DNA of 35,304 nucleotides from an uncultured Planctomycetales bacterium (GTDB lineage: Bacteria; Omnitrophota; Gorgyraeia; Zapsychrales; Fredricksoniimonadaceae): contig CAYZPQ010000001.1 in NCBI GenBank assembly GCA_964480185.1, positions 8,240 to 43,543 of the forward strand. Reading direction: 5' to 3'. Below the pieces are notes generated by a model that searched no databases, was not told the origin of the DNA, and saw nothing but the letters and a program-made list of their open reading frames with translations. The translations under genes were made by a program, and so were the position numbers. This document shows, piece after piece, positions 15,001 through 26,164 of this stretch (position 1 is its first letter; the number at the start of each line of letters is the position of its first letter).

Positions 15001-18000
15001 TGTAATCCGTCACAGGATGGGAAACTATCTGGTACAACAAGGGATCAATTGCTTCCTTGATATTAAAATTCGTCGCCACATGCGCAGCCGCGACTTGAAC
15101 ATGCGGATTTTCATCCCCACGCTTTAACGTGGTTGTAACAGCTTTGATAATTTGTAATGTATCATTGTATCTTGTCTCAAAACGTTCCATTAAGCGCCAG
15201 GCCACATAACGCACAAATTCATCCTGGTCTTGGCTCGCACTACGGATAATCTGTGCGCGGGCAGCATAGACGTGGTCAATCGACGCATCCCGTCGGATAA
15301 AGACATCAGAGAGGCTAATCAACCCAAAGGCACGCACGGGTGAGCTTGGATGATTATTGATTAGCTTGAGCATGTCTTTAGTTCCTCGACTATTGGGGAC
15401 CTTGTTTAAGGCCGCATTATCAAGAACTTGCCATGCTTTATCTATATCATCAATACCTGCCGCAGCATACTGGGCACGCACTTCTTGAAGTAAATTACCA
15501 TCAATCCCATAAGCATCATTGATGCGTACATTGAATGGTGCTGTATTTGTAAACGGTGGTCGCTGTTGAAGGAATGTTAATTCACGCTTAAATTCTGGTA
15601 GATTTCCACTTTGAAATATGGCAGGAACATTAACTGCTGGTCTCTTGAGTAATTTTGGTGCCACACCAATAACACTCACCATGAGTACTACAGCAAGTGG
15701 CCATGCTTGACGATTTTTATATAATACACGTCTTCCCACCCATAACAGCACAAGCGCAACGAGAGCTAATCCAACCATCACGGATGACATCGCTGACATA
15801 GCTAATATTGCTAAAGGATTGATCATGGCGAATGGGGTTGTTACGTGAGCTGCATCGACGATATCTGTTACACTTTGGGCATTTGCTAAAGAATATTGTA
15901 AAGCAATTAAGCCCGCTATAAAGACTGTAGCGGCGCCGGAAGCTGCTGAAACAATTTTGCCTTGCAGATTACGTCTAGTAATTGGAACAGTTAAACGTTT
16001 GTTCTTCCTTGCGCGTTCATCTGCAGCTTTACGATCAGCTTCGTCTTTCATGTAAGATGCGCTTAGATTCTTTTCCACACGCTCAGCGACAAAAAGATCT
16101 CGTTGCATCAAATCATCTAATGTTAATTTTTTAATTTCTGGTAATGGTGGATAACCAGCTCTGATTAACATGTAATCTAAGAGAATACGGGCCTGTTGTC
16201 CTCGCGCAAATTCAAATGGTTGTATGCGTAAATAGCGTAAATATAATGAAACGATGGTTAATAAATTCGCTCCCGGAAGAACACGTTGATTAATATCTTC
16301 GATGAGAATTGTCATCAATTCTGGAATTCTACTCGCCTCGGGAGCGCCCGGCATAGGGTAGGTGCTATGCCCCACACGCCATTTCCCTGCAAAAGCATGT
16401 TGCTCTTCATCAGAATATCGTTTGGAAAGAATGCGATTAATTTCAAAGAAATCTTCTTCAACCAATGCTTCGCCTTCACGAATTAAATTCAACACATAAA
16501 TCATGGCATCATAATTACGTTCATAAACTGATCTTCTTGTGTCTGCATTTCTAACCAATGATGCGGCTAATGACGCTAATTGATTCTCCGATATTGCTTT
16601 TGCTAAACTAATCACGTTAACAGCACTGAAATCCCAAGAGCCATCTGCTTTCTTCGTCATCCCTTCCCATGTCAATTTTCTTGCTAAATCAAAATCAAGA
16701 TTATGCGTTTCTGAAGATTCATTCATTTCACAGAGGTAACACTGTTGATTAGCTTCGACGCCATCCTCTTTAACCCATGTATGGACAAGCCCATCAAAAG
16801 TCGATGTTTGTGCCTTATTAGAACGTACGCGATGCACTTGTTCTTCACCATCGAGGTTAAACGTAATAATAGCGCCGGTTGTCCAGAATGGTGGAACATA
16901 GCGCCCTGTTTCCGGATTCCACTTGGCTTCAATGCTCACTTCTTTTAAACAGTCATATGGTTTATCACTGATTGCATTTAACAGAGCTGCACCTGTTTTC
17001 TTTCGGGCTATCTCATAATCCACACCATTAATCTGAATATAATCTTCCCCATGGGATACCCAGACAGGACCTTCGATATTACTCTTAATAACTTTCCCAT
17101 TTCTCACCGCTTGCGTAACTTGATCATCAATAATGGCTGCTAATTTATTAATAATGAATGTGCGATAAATTTGGAATTTCTCGCGATCTTGGAATTGTGG
17201 GTATTGCTTATTGAAAGCAACAACTAAACGGCTCGTATTTTTAGGTAACCCTGGCTTACGCAATGAATCGGAAATATTCACGATAGTAAATGCAAGATTG
17301 TGTTCCCTATAATATTGCTTCGCTAATGCCATAAGATCCATGACATACTCTTGCTTATCTGGTCTAATAACTCCCTTTTCATCAAAAACCCCACTCAATG
17401 GAGAATTGAAATAAAAGAAGATCTCTTTTCCCTCTTTACCAAATCTTTTTTCATCGTAGAGGGCATCAATGGGATTCCGTGCATTATTCTCTAACTGAAT
17501 AATTCTCACGGCGTCATATGCTTCTCGATCTGAACTATGAGAAATATTAAATTGCTGAATTAAACGCACAATAAAGTTCATGTACAGTTCTGTTTTAGGC
17601 GTCATCTTCGATGGATCGCGATTATCTGTATCCATTAAGGCGGTGGCCTGAGCTAGTCGGACAATATCTTGAGGTGGCATAATCCCTAAGCCCATGATAT
17701 ATCCCCAGGCTAATAAAACACTGGCCCCAATGCTTTCATTATCAACTGGCCAGTCATTCTTTGGTTTATTGTCCAACATATAGGCATGGTGATCATGAAG
17801 GGCAATGGCATTATTAATAATGTGAGGATCAAGCTCTCCTGGATTGGACGTATCCATAATGAAAAATTTGAAATGACTCGTCCCATTTAAATTAGCTTTC
17901 GATTGAAGATTTGTGAAATCAAAGACGGGTATATCTATTTTCTCTGACCCCTCAACTTTGTTATAAATTCTGCCATTGGTATAACGAAGCACGCTTTGAT

Positions 18001-21000
18001 CAATATGCAACACACCAATTTGGGTTAACATGTGTTTAACTTCTTCGGGTAAATCTTGATCATCATCTAATTGTACTAAAGGCAATACTTTGACTTTATC
18101 GCCATACACCGTGTGATACCACCAGGCTGTTAACATGGCTGATATGACAGCATCCATGTCAGGCTTCTTATGGCCAATAACACCGATAACACGATCACCA
18201 GGTTTAACATTTTTTAACACATTTGCGCGCGAAGAAATAAATTCTTGGGCTGTCAACAGAGGCTTATCTACGGTAACACCAAAAAGGCGTTGGCCAACCT
18301 GATGCCATTCTTCTGCTTGTTCATTTTGATTATAGGCTTGTGCATTTTGATAGAAATGGCCAATCATCTGTAAAATACGTATGCTTAAAATATGCGCTGG
18401 CATTGCTTTATATGGATCTTTGTCGTCGCGATCATAGACAGCTAAAGGCATTGCATCCCGTAATTGTTGAATCACCGGACGATTCACACGGTTTAAAATG
18501 CTTAATAATTTTTCGCCATGCACTTGATAAAAAGCTGCTTCATCTGCCTTTATAGCCTCTTGATTAACATCAAAACCATATACCTCGGCATATTTCGTGA
18601 TGATAGGATTTAATTCTTTCTCTAAATGAGATATCGAAGCTATGCGTGTTCTTAATATCATCCAGGCCTTGTGCGCTAAGAATCCTACTATCAGTGAGAA
18701 TATACCAACAGCGATGTTAAAACCCATGGTTGCTAAGAGCGTCTCATGATGTTCAATGGGTTGAATGACTTGTGCTGCTTGGCCCCTCACAAAATATGCA
18801 TCCAAGCCCCATAAGCCAAATACAATATAGAACGCTTTTACTGCTATATTTTCTATGCCAAAGAATCGAATCAATTCTCCTAACTCATTCATCAATATTG
18901 ACCTGCAAGAAGGCTCAACAAACAAATCAGCAGTTGTACCAGAACCATCTCGACCTATGACGATATGAGACGTCGTTGCTGAGTTAAACTTCAATTGAAT
19001 TAATAATTGCTTGGCTTGCTCTATAGTCCTGATGCCATATCCATTTTGAAATGGGATTCTATTCTCTGTTAAGACATCAATGCTAAATAAACCTTTGGCG
19101 TCTTCTAACACATATACTCTTGGCTCACGGTAGCCCCAGAAATTTCTAAGTACATATTCTTTCAAAGGATCTAATATTCTCTCTTGTAAAACACGATAGT
19201 CGCTTGTTTTAAATAAGATGGCCCCGTGTCCATTGATAGCACGAGTAAGCTCAGCAATACTCATGACCACGGCGCTTTCCGAGATACTATCAATTTCTTC
19301 TAATATTTGATCGACATCGATTGAAACTATCTTATTCTTAGACTTATTATCGAGACTACACTTTATTTCAGGAGAAACACCAAATTCTTTATCTAATTCA
19401 CCACTGATAAAAGCAATTAATTTCTCACGTGGATGAGACGCTATTGTGTGGGCTTGCTCGGCTATATCCAAAAGTCTATGCGCTTGGGCTAAAACCAATA
19501 AGGGTTGAAAGACTTCTTCAGTAGATCTTAAATTGAATTTGATTGTCGATACTAAAGTAACGCTTGTTAACACTAACCAACGTATTGGATCAATGGTTGA
19601 ATCATAGGCAAATAACCATTTTAAATAGTCTTGAGCTGTTTGATGATACTTCATGGTCAGAGGGGTCGTTCTAACAAAGGTATTTAAGAAACCATTCTTA
19701 TCTACTTCGGCAATAATATCTTTTCGCCCTTGCTCCTTTAACGCAAATGCATATAAACCAAATAAACTGATCCCAATCTTCGCATGCTCATACGCGCGGT
19801 CATAGCCAATATCTCCGCCTCGTGGATCAATAAGCCTAAAATCAATAACAGGATCATGCATTGTCTCCGTATTGATCATGACATTTTCCAACATAAAATC
19901 CCCGTGAATATGCTCGAGTGTGTTCGGAGCGAGTCTATCACCATAATGAGCTACTACTTGTTTTAATCTACGCTCAAAACCCTGTGTTCTTCTAGCATTG
20001 ATCACGACGGTGTCTTCAAACATCCCTGCCATCACCTGTGATTCATCTTGTGCTTCATGCAATCGCTGAATTGTCTTTCCAAGAATAAATTTATCAACGT
20101 AAGCTGATCTATGGCAAGGCTCACATATTTGATAAAACCCTGCCTGATTTAGGCTATCAAATATGGACTGAAGAATGCGCACGATGTCTTGAGGACTAAT
20201 ACGCTCATCGGAAATAAGACTTTCTAATGTTTGCCATTGGGGACTTGGATAATAAGGCATGTCATACCAAATCGTATCTCCTTGATCTCCTGTATAGCTT
20301 TCTAATACAGGAGGAAAGAATTTGGCTGATGATGGGCGATTAGCTTCTTTTTGAAGCGCTTCAATTTCCATCCTCAATTTTACAGGTTGCCCTGGCTTAA
20401 AACGTTCTTCCTTACGAACAACTAAACCATGTGTTGGGCTCTTCACTAACATGACCCGCGCATTGGACGCCGACCAGAATATCTTGACAACAGTACCTAC
20501 TCCTTCTCTTCTCAGAGGTCCTTGTTGTCCTTCTGCAGATTCCCACAAAATCTTTTCAATATCTCTATCGCTATCAATCAATGCCTTTGCAGCTTCTTCT
20601 AATGGCTCTTCGGATAGTTCTTTAAAATCATGAATCCTTTCATCTGGCAGCATCATGCCCATGACCTTAACGCCAGATGTTTCTGTTCTATCACCAAAAT
20701 TTGTTTCTAAATAAAAATTGCCATTTCTAAAGCGCACATCCCATGGGACTGGTGCCTTTAACATATCGGCGAATGCATCGATGGTCATATATAATCTAAA
20801 TGCACTATAACAAGCCTCTCCACTTGCTAATGATGCTGCTATTTTTTCTCTGAGTACAGGATTGCCGCGATGACGACGGTCTTCAACTAAAAACCGTCTT
20901 GACCCATCAGAAAATAAATAGGCTCCTGATTGAGGTTTATCATAATTACGCACCATTTCGCTCACAACACCCGCATTGTATTCATCCATGATACTCAATG

Positions 21001-24000
21001 CAGCGACCCATTTATCAATAGGAGAAACGTGCTTCATGACAAGCCCTGTTAAATCATTAACCCGATGAGTTCTCAAGTAGTCCACTTGTCTTGCTTTCAA
21101 CATCGCTATTAAATTTTCTGGAGAATATTCAATGCGACCATCTTGTTTACCTTGAACTCTAAATATATTGTATGGTTTCAATGCACCACTAATATCTCCA
21201 TTACCAAATGGCAATTCCTGACTATTGTCATCGACAAATGCACTGCTTGGACCAATGTAATAGCCTTTGTAAACGCCCTGTGAAATAAACAAAATGTTGT
21301 CAGGATTAAATCCATAAAATGCGTTACTGATAAAATTATCCACAACCTTTGTAACAGTTTCATCGTTAACAATAATAATGATTGTCTTAGAGGCAATAAC
21401 TATTTTAGGGTCACGGTTATGCTGTTTAGCTAAACGTTGCAAATAGCCTCGATAAATGACGAGCTGACGAGGACCTAAAGGAAGAATGAATCGATGCGCA
21501 AATTCTCTTAAATAAGTGTGTACTGTTGAATTGGGATTGGCTGCTGTGAAACAATCCAGCGCTTCTCCTAATTCTAATGAGAATAAATTATAGGCTGTAC
21601 TCAAAAAGACAGACCCAAAGGTCTTGCGCATGCGGGTCATAGCCCCGCCAAAAAAGAATATTGGGGCAAACTTGCCATCAATTTCTTGCTGTTCTGCGTT
21701 TGATCGTCCAGCCGCACTTATAGGTATATTGCGCATATTAACTGGTGCATCAACGACTACGTTTGATGCGGGGATCAATTGATTAACCTCATCTACTTCT
21801 TGGTCAATACATTTACCTAAAGCGTTGGTATCTTCTAGTCTTAATGCAGCGGCTTGATATTTTAATGATAATTCTTTGATGGATCTGTCACGTGGCTCTA
21901 TTTTAGTAAGCAATGTTCTTAAAATATCAAGTGGTGGCGGTTGACGGAAAATAAGGCGCCCACGCTGAAAAAGTAAATACTCGGGGTTAACCCTAATCCC
22001 ATATATTTCGGGGAAAGATAACACATGATGTACCGCATCGTTCATTGAACTATTAGTAACAATGTATTTCTTTGTTACTTGAATAGCTTCCCACTCATTA
22101 TGAATGCCCTTTAAATGTATTCTTTCATGCCCTTCAATAAGCCCTCTTAAAAATATTTTTAATTGTCTTAGATTATGTTCCTGAACATCTCCTTCGGTTA
22201 ATAATCTTTCAATGACATTAATAATAGACAAATGAACGAAGAATATTGTTCCCCTTGAACTGACTGCCATCAGCGACTTTTTAAGTAGTTTCTCATTAGA
22301 CGTAACCACCAGTGTATCAATATTATGGATGCCCAAATTATTATGTGCTAATTTAGCTACTAAACTAATCGCACGTCTGGCTTTATCACTCAATTTGACC
22401 ATCTGAGAAACATCAAATCGGTCATCTCGAACTGCGTTAAATGTATAGTGCTGGGTTACTTGTATGCTGGAATCAAAATAATAATCATCTGCGACTAAGA
22501 AAGGGGCTTTAAGAATATGAGCGACGCGCTGTTGGTGTAATGCTTGTGCAATAATCTCAAAATATCGTCCTACACGTGAAGGCCCTTTGATAAATGAATT
22601 TACGATATATGACTTATCCCTGCGCGACTTGCCTACATTGACAGCTAAATCTACAAAAGGTAAAACAGGTTCATCATTTCCATAAAATTCATCACCAAAA
22701 TAAACAATGCGCGGAGAAATACTGCCCACATCACGTAATAATTGAGTGATGGCGCTGCCTTTATTCACATCTGGTACAAATATATCTATGGTTGATGTCC
22801 CAGAAATTCTAACGCCTACTGAAAGGCCCTGTTCTCTAACCTTGTCTTTGATATATCCTTCCCACACGCGTCTCTTGTTATAATTGGGATCGAAATTTTT
22901 CCGTAATTGATCATCGTGGATTCGACCAAGCACGCTAAGACTAATTTGCGCGCCTTCTTTATAAATCTGTTGCTGAGGCTTACCTTGCCAAAAGGAATAC
23001 TGGCTAATTTCGCTAAATGCAGCAATGGTTTGTTGCAAAATTAGTTCTGCACGATGCTGAATATCAGGATCCATGGTGCGGTTATAAAGTAAGATAGGAT
23101 CGGAGTCGTATAAGTTAATCTTATACATTGTCGATCCATTATTAATAATGATGTAAAAATATCCCCTATAACCTCTACGTTTCGCTTCTGCTCTCAATGG
23201 TTGAATAACATGTTGATCAACACGCTTGTATTCAACCCCTGTGGCAATAGCAAAAACCGCCCCTTCTGCAATCAAATCAATAATCTTAACGGCCATTGAT
23301 GCTGGAAGTGGATGGTGTGTCTCTGCCAATGTATTATCTTTGTCGGCAATGACAATCAATCGACGGTTTTGGGCAACAATTTGTTTTAAACGATATGTTG
23401 GTGATTGTGTATATGCGTGTCGTCCTGCCACGATAAAAGTCAATACCAAGGCGATGAGACTCATATAATTCATTGCGCTCAGTGTTTGAGGAGGCAAGCT
23501 AAACTGATCTTGAGCATAAGTATTCGCTGCTAGCTTAAATAAACCAACCGCTAATAACATGCCAATAATATTTCTTTGCTTAAACCAGCGGCTGATGAAT
23601 CCTTTCTTAAACAATAAACTCAAACCAAAAACAAGGGCGCCTATTCCCGCGAATGTTGCGGTTATTGCCAACATCGTCCCTAACTTGATAAATGGACGTG
23701 AGGGGTCCACATTCACCACAGAAGCCAACCCTAAAGGCAATACCGATGCCGCATGGACAATTGGCCAGTAAAAGAATGCGTCTGTCCAGCCCACTTTTAA
23801 ATCCAACACAGTATTGGTAAAATTATCATTAACGGTGGCTCTTAGTTCTTCGGTAATCGCTTTTGCCCGTCGTGATTCACGTAGAGATCTGGCAAGTGTG
23901 GCAACCGTCTTGGTGTAATATTTAAATCCTTCAAATATCATTAACCCCACAAAACCTTGTAAGGCAAATACCCAGGCAAATTTTAATGACGCTTCAGTTT

Positions 24001-26164
24001 TAAGGATTAAATGCATGCCCGTAAACAATGTCACAATCGCTGCTTGAGCAAAAATAATAACTGTCATCATCAAATACTTCTGGGCACGCTGATGAAGCCA
24101 TTCTAATGTTAAAAGACCTTTGATCTTCTTATTGGCCATATACCCATCAATGATCCACGCAAAACCCTTGGCACGCAGAAGACTTAAAACTAAAATCCCG
24201 CCCGTCGTTAACCAGAAATGTGTTTTACCTAGTACGGCAATCAGCATAATCTCAGTAGCAATAGCAATGGCCATAACGCTAATGCCTTGAAGCAAAAGAC
24301 GGTCGATATGACGTTGGCTCATAAATGTATTATCATAGGCCTTCACACCACTGCGTATGATGCGATGGAATCCATAGTACCCTGCATAGGTTGTAAAGCC
24401 TAATAGAGACGAGGCGACAAGATGAATGCTATCAACACTAATTGGAATATAGGCGAGAATATGCTGTGTTGTATCTTTAAAATATACAGAAGCAATGGTG
24501 ATCATTAAGAATGGCACCAGCGATAAGGGCCCAACAATATTTGGAAATCCTTTCATCCCTTTGTCATACATACTCTCTTCCCAACGACGGACATCTTCTT
24601 CGGTCCCTGCCGGTGGTTTATGTTTCATCCATAAATAAATGATCACAGCCGCTGTGATCAAAGCAACAACACTGCTTCCCGTTAACGTACTTAAGCTCGC
24701 GATGAGTGGAACGATCGACGATAAAACCATTGTTGGTTCTTGAATAATGCCTGCATTGACGGGTATTGCTGTGGCTGATGCGGCACCGACGAGTAATAGG
24801 GGCCATAAAATGCTTCTTAGGGTACCATTGCGATGTTTACTTTGTGTATGTTGTTTACGTTGTTGTATATACGTATTAAGTCTATCAATAGCCTCTAACA
24901 CACCCCATGTTAGAGCAGTTATCAGTCCAAACAATACCACAGCCGTCATTGTTTTTTGCCACCATGTTGTCGTGAGCATAAATTCATCGAAATAATCAAT
25001 AGGCATCACCATACGACCCGCATCTTCAGTCAGAATAAATTGTTGAGCCAATGCAGGTGTGCCAAATGCGATGAACGATAAAACGATAATATGCATGGGA
25101 TTCTTTAAATTCCATCTCGCAATCGCTGCAATAAAGATAATCGCTATAAGGATACTAATTGTTTCTGGTGCAATTGTGATCTGTGCATTAAGGCCAATAG
25201 CAGCAAAGAGTGGGCCTGAGGTATTTTGAATCATACTCACAGGCTTATGCTGATAGGGATCATGGCTATTGGTATTGCGTTTGAAAATATCGAATCTGCC
25301 CTTAAACGTATTGGTTGGATACGTGATATTCGTCGGGGCATTCATCTTCATCAAATATGTCGCACCACCTTTAGATTCTAAACGTGGCGTTGATGGCGTA
25401 TCATTCGTCGTAGTCTCTCTTGTCACTGGCTGACGACGCCCAAGGATTTCTGCGCCTTTGCCAGTAGAGTGTTGCACAGGATTGACCGTAACCGTCGGTG
25501 AAGGATCGCGTTGGAATACTTTCCATTTCCAGAATTTAAGCCATGAGAGATCAATTTTCTTAACGACTTCGACAACCTTGGTAAATGGCTTGCCGATACT
25601 AAAACTATTCGTACGTTTACTTAATTCATTACTCCACTGAGCACCTTTAGTATTAAATGGTGTTGGAGTCACAACGTTACCAGTTGTTATACTATTCGTC
25701 GCTGCAGGTGTTTCTCCACGGAATGCATCAACACCCTTTCCACCTTTGTAAGCAAGTCCCTTGAATGTTGGTGTGGGCAATGCGCTGTTAGTCAATTCAC
25801 GTGCTCTGTCACTTAATGCTTTGAAATCAATGACTCCCTTGGATTGTTCCATCACACGAGGACGCTGTGGCAAGGCAAGACCATTGGTCATGACAGCCAA
25901 GTTTTGTTCAAGGGCTTCAAGATTGATCGGTTGTGCTGGTATAGTCGCTGGTGTATTGGTGACCTGTGTGCGTCGAGGTGCATCAATGGTAAAGCTAAAT
26001 GGATCTTGGGCGTGCGTATTAGGTGCGAGTGTAAATAAACCAAATGCTAAAAATATGGCGAAGAGCCCTCGCTTCTTAAACCAACGATTTAAGTAGCCTT
26101 TCTTGTATAAATAACGAATGCCCCATACGGTGGCACCCATACCAGCGAAAGAGACTGTAATAGC
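1..26164 (-). CDS. Giant multidomain membrane protein, downstream segment. It has 8,721 sense codons in the same frame as the upstream ORF and is 3'-partial, running off the window.
   Basis: Hand translation of the minus strand immediately after the TGA, in the same phase, gives uninterrupted protein-like sequence to position 2. The track lists no complete minus ORF in this phase below 26165; the four small minus ORFs there are in other phases. That is expected if no stop is reached. The first in-frame ATG after the TGA is at 26138-26140, inside a predicted TM helix, with no spacer and no SD-like sequence. Many enzyme motifs are listed as separate features below. Confidence 0.85.
2..2900 (-). 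other. Long Gln/Glu/Leu/Lys-rich, probably all-helical or coiled-coil region with no recognised domain
   Basis: The translation is rich in heptad-like helical sequence, for example ...LVELRKDSVQMFTNFDPINHRFIELKKVFTSLKNQHQRMYKA.... It has no hydrophobic TM stretches or catalytic motifs that I can recognise. Confidence 0.35.
2920..4100 (-). other. Superfamily-1 helicase/ATPase core, Upf1/DNA2-like (AAA_11/AAA_12 type)
   Basis: Walker A is VVEGPAASGKTEM, with GPAASGKT at 4004-4027. Motif II is VIIMDEASRE at about 3651-3680. Motif III is LILIGDLEQMGPF at about 3555-3595. Further motifs are LTKNYRAVPLLADLVSELSYAGQV, VVTFYTGQIELL, TTPQSFQGGERKAIIVD and LTVALSRARDHMAVI at about 2930-2975. Confidence 0.7.
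4890..5290 (-). other. Cluster of predicted transmembrane helices
   Basis: Hydrophobic stretches include SLPVVAAFVALLSSVYFL, FLLIFSSVITPFVITT and WISLILLLTSIVFVGIAIVMTYW. Confidence 0.5.
6390..6680 (-). other. HEAT/PBS-lyase-type repeats
   Basis: The translation reads RLAAAQLLGEAQHP...GRIQAAMALALHGHQDAIRTIIDRLKIEDDPRVRDVLLWALRHG. Confidence 0.45.
8861..8941 (-). other. Internal Sec-type signal-peptide-like segment (AMA|Q)
   Basis: The segment reads KLKRIVARYVMPWIIGLIAIFPSIAMA|QTAANGNDSS. It lies within a TM-helix cluster spanning about 8150-9420. Confidence 0.45.
9332..9412 (-). other. Internal Sec-type signal-peptide-like segment (AMA|D)
   Basis: The segment reads KATKRNSLKSALIVTSLLIIAIAPAMA|DNSFVALHPN. 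It shows a classical n/h/c-region layout with an AxA site. Confidence 0.45.
10230..10870 (-). other. HIT/GalT-superfamily-like domain (GDPGP1 / Ap4A-phosphorylase-like nucleotidyl transferase or phosphorylase)
   Basis: RRCPLCSS has its CxxC at 10838-10849. It is followed by GNDFVAIREDYPYF...ATIARKSH and GYNHKDSGGKVQHQAYKLF, with QHQAY at 10601-10615; compare HLHFQAY in GDP-hexose phosphorylases. The histidine pattern is not canonical. Confidence 0.4.
13190..13267 (-). other. Internal lipoprotein-signal-like segment with a lipobox (LTGC)
   Basis: RFKEIKLFIASWLLPLLIAVSALTGC|MTQSRNNGG has L-T-G-C at 13190-13201. This fits the [LVI][ASTVI][GAS]C consensus after a positively charged n-region and a hydrophobic h-region. 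Confidence 0.45.
13595..13609 (-). other. Second HExxH motif (HELHH), a possible metallopeptidase-like site
   Basis: The motif sits in MMIILLHELHHTDQGK, within a soluble block at about 13300-14060. Only the short motif supports this call. Confidence 0.3.
14240..14765 (-). other. Pro/Val/Glu/Ala/Thr-rich low-complexity linker
   Basis: The translation reads KPVEAQTVQVSAPPVEPQAATAQDP...TEPSPVNMPVREEVVVPSTPVAAEAKAIEPVVLPASIIETTPPAMPVITPEVVMPPVTTEMNAPAAV. The 136-aa plus-strand ORF at 14292-14702 is its antisense shadow. Confidence 0.6.
14900..15400 (-). other. HEAT/PBS-lyase-type helical repeats
   Basis: Repeats are recognisable in SSPVRAFGLISLSDV, DEFVRYVAWRLMERF and ENPHVQVAAAHVATNF, at a spacing of about 30-40 residues. 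Confidence 0.45.
15878..15976 (-). other. Internal signal-peptide-like segment (n-region, h-region, ANA|Q)
   Basis: The segment reads RRNLQGKIVSAASGAATVFIAGLIALQYSLANA|QSV. Two or three further TM helices follow downstream to about 15650. Confidence 0.45.
16100..16570 (-). other. Fic/Fido-like domain with a degenerate active-site motif
   Basis: YLRIQPFEFARGQQARILLDYMLIRAGYPPL has its motif at 16187-16222. QPFEFARGQQAR replaces the canonical HPFx(D/E)GNGRxxR. Helical Fic-core-like sequence lies upstream (EEDFFEINRIL...GKWRVGH). Confidence 0.5.
17190..18210 (-). other. DHH/DHHA2 phosphoesterase domain (family-II inorganic pyrophosphatase-like)
   Basis: Motif I is RVIGVIGHKKPDMDAVISAMLTAW at 18121-18200, matching GHxxPDxDxxxS. 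The DHH motif LHDHHAYM has DHH at 17786-17794. A C-terminal DHHA2-like part follows, around FYFNSPLSGVFDEKG...FTIVNISD. Confidence 0.6.
19740..20530 (-). other. APH/choline-kinase-fold small-molecule kinase domain
   Basis: The catalytic loop LEHIHGDFMLENVMIN has the HxDxxxxN motif at 19883-19906. It is followed by FRLIDPRGGDIGYDRAYEHAK at about 19801-19833, matching the IDxxxxxxGDxxYD pattern. An N-lobe-like segment VGTVVKIFWSAS...VVRKEE lies upstream. Confidence 0.6.
20680..21690 (-). other. UDPGP-family (UGP/UAP-like) sugar-1-phosphate nucleotidyltransferase domain
   Basis: APIFFFGGAMTRMRK at about 21625-21675 resembles the L(A/N)GGxGTR(L/M)G loop, with Gly replaced by Met. LPFGNGDISGAL at about 21181-21216 resembles PxG(H/N)G(D/G). 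Further on is GAYLFSDGSRRFLVEDRR. Confidence 0.5.
22630..23365 (-). other. HAD-superfamily subfamily IIB domain (phosphatase or PMM-type phosphomutase)
   Basis: Motif I is RRLIVIADKDNTLAE, with DxDxT at 23330-23344. It is followed by FAIATG, and the C-terminal motif is VNKGSAITQLL...IVYFGDEFYGNDEPV, matching the KG...GD..ND pattern typical of HAD-IIB. Confidence 0.65.
23500..24840 (-). repeat. Polytopic membrane module, copy 2
   Basis: Copy 2 runs KHRNGTLRSILWPLLLVG...ALITAAVIIYLWMKHKPPAGTEE...KGMKGFPN...YIPISVDSIH...QKYLMMTVIIFA...WVFALQGFVGLMIFEG...NDNFTNTVLDLKVGWTDAFFYWPIVHA...KLGTMLAITATFAG...KKGFISRWFKQRN...NTYAQDQFSL. Similarity is visible at nucleotide level, for example 26401-26470 against 23921-23990. 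The offset between copies is about 2.49 kb. Confidence 0.8.

Noticed and set aside
22115-22129. A third HExxH motif (HERIH) in the block between the HAD and UDPGP domains.
   Set aside because: A five-residue pattern can arise by chance in a translation of more than 11,000 residues. The context (GLIEGHERIHLKGIHNEW) gives no further support.
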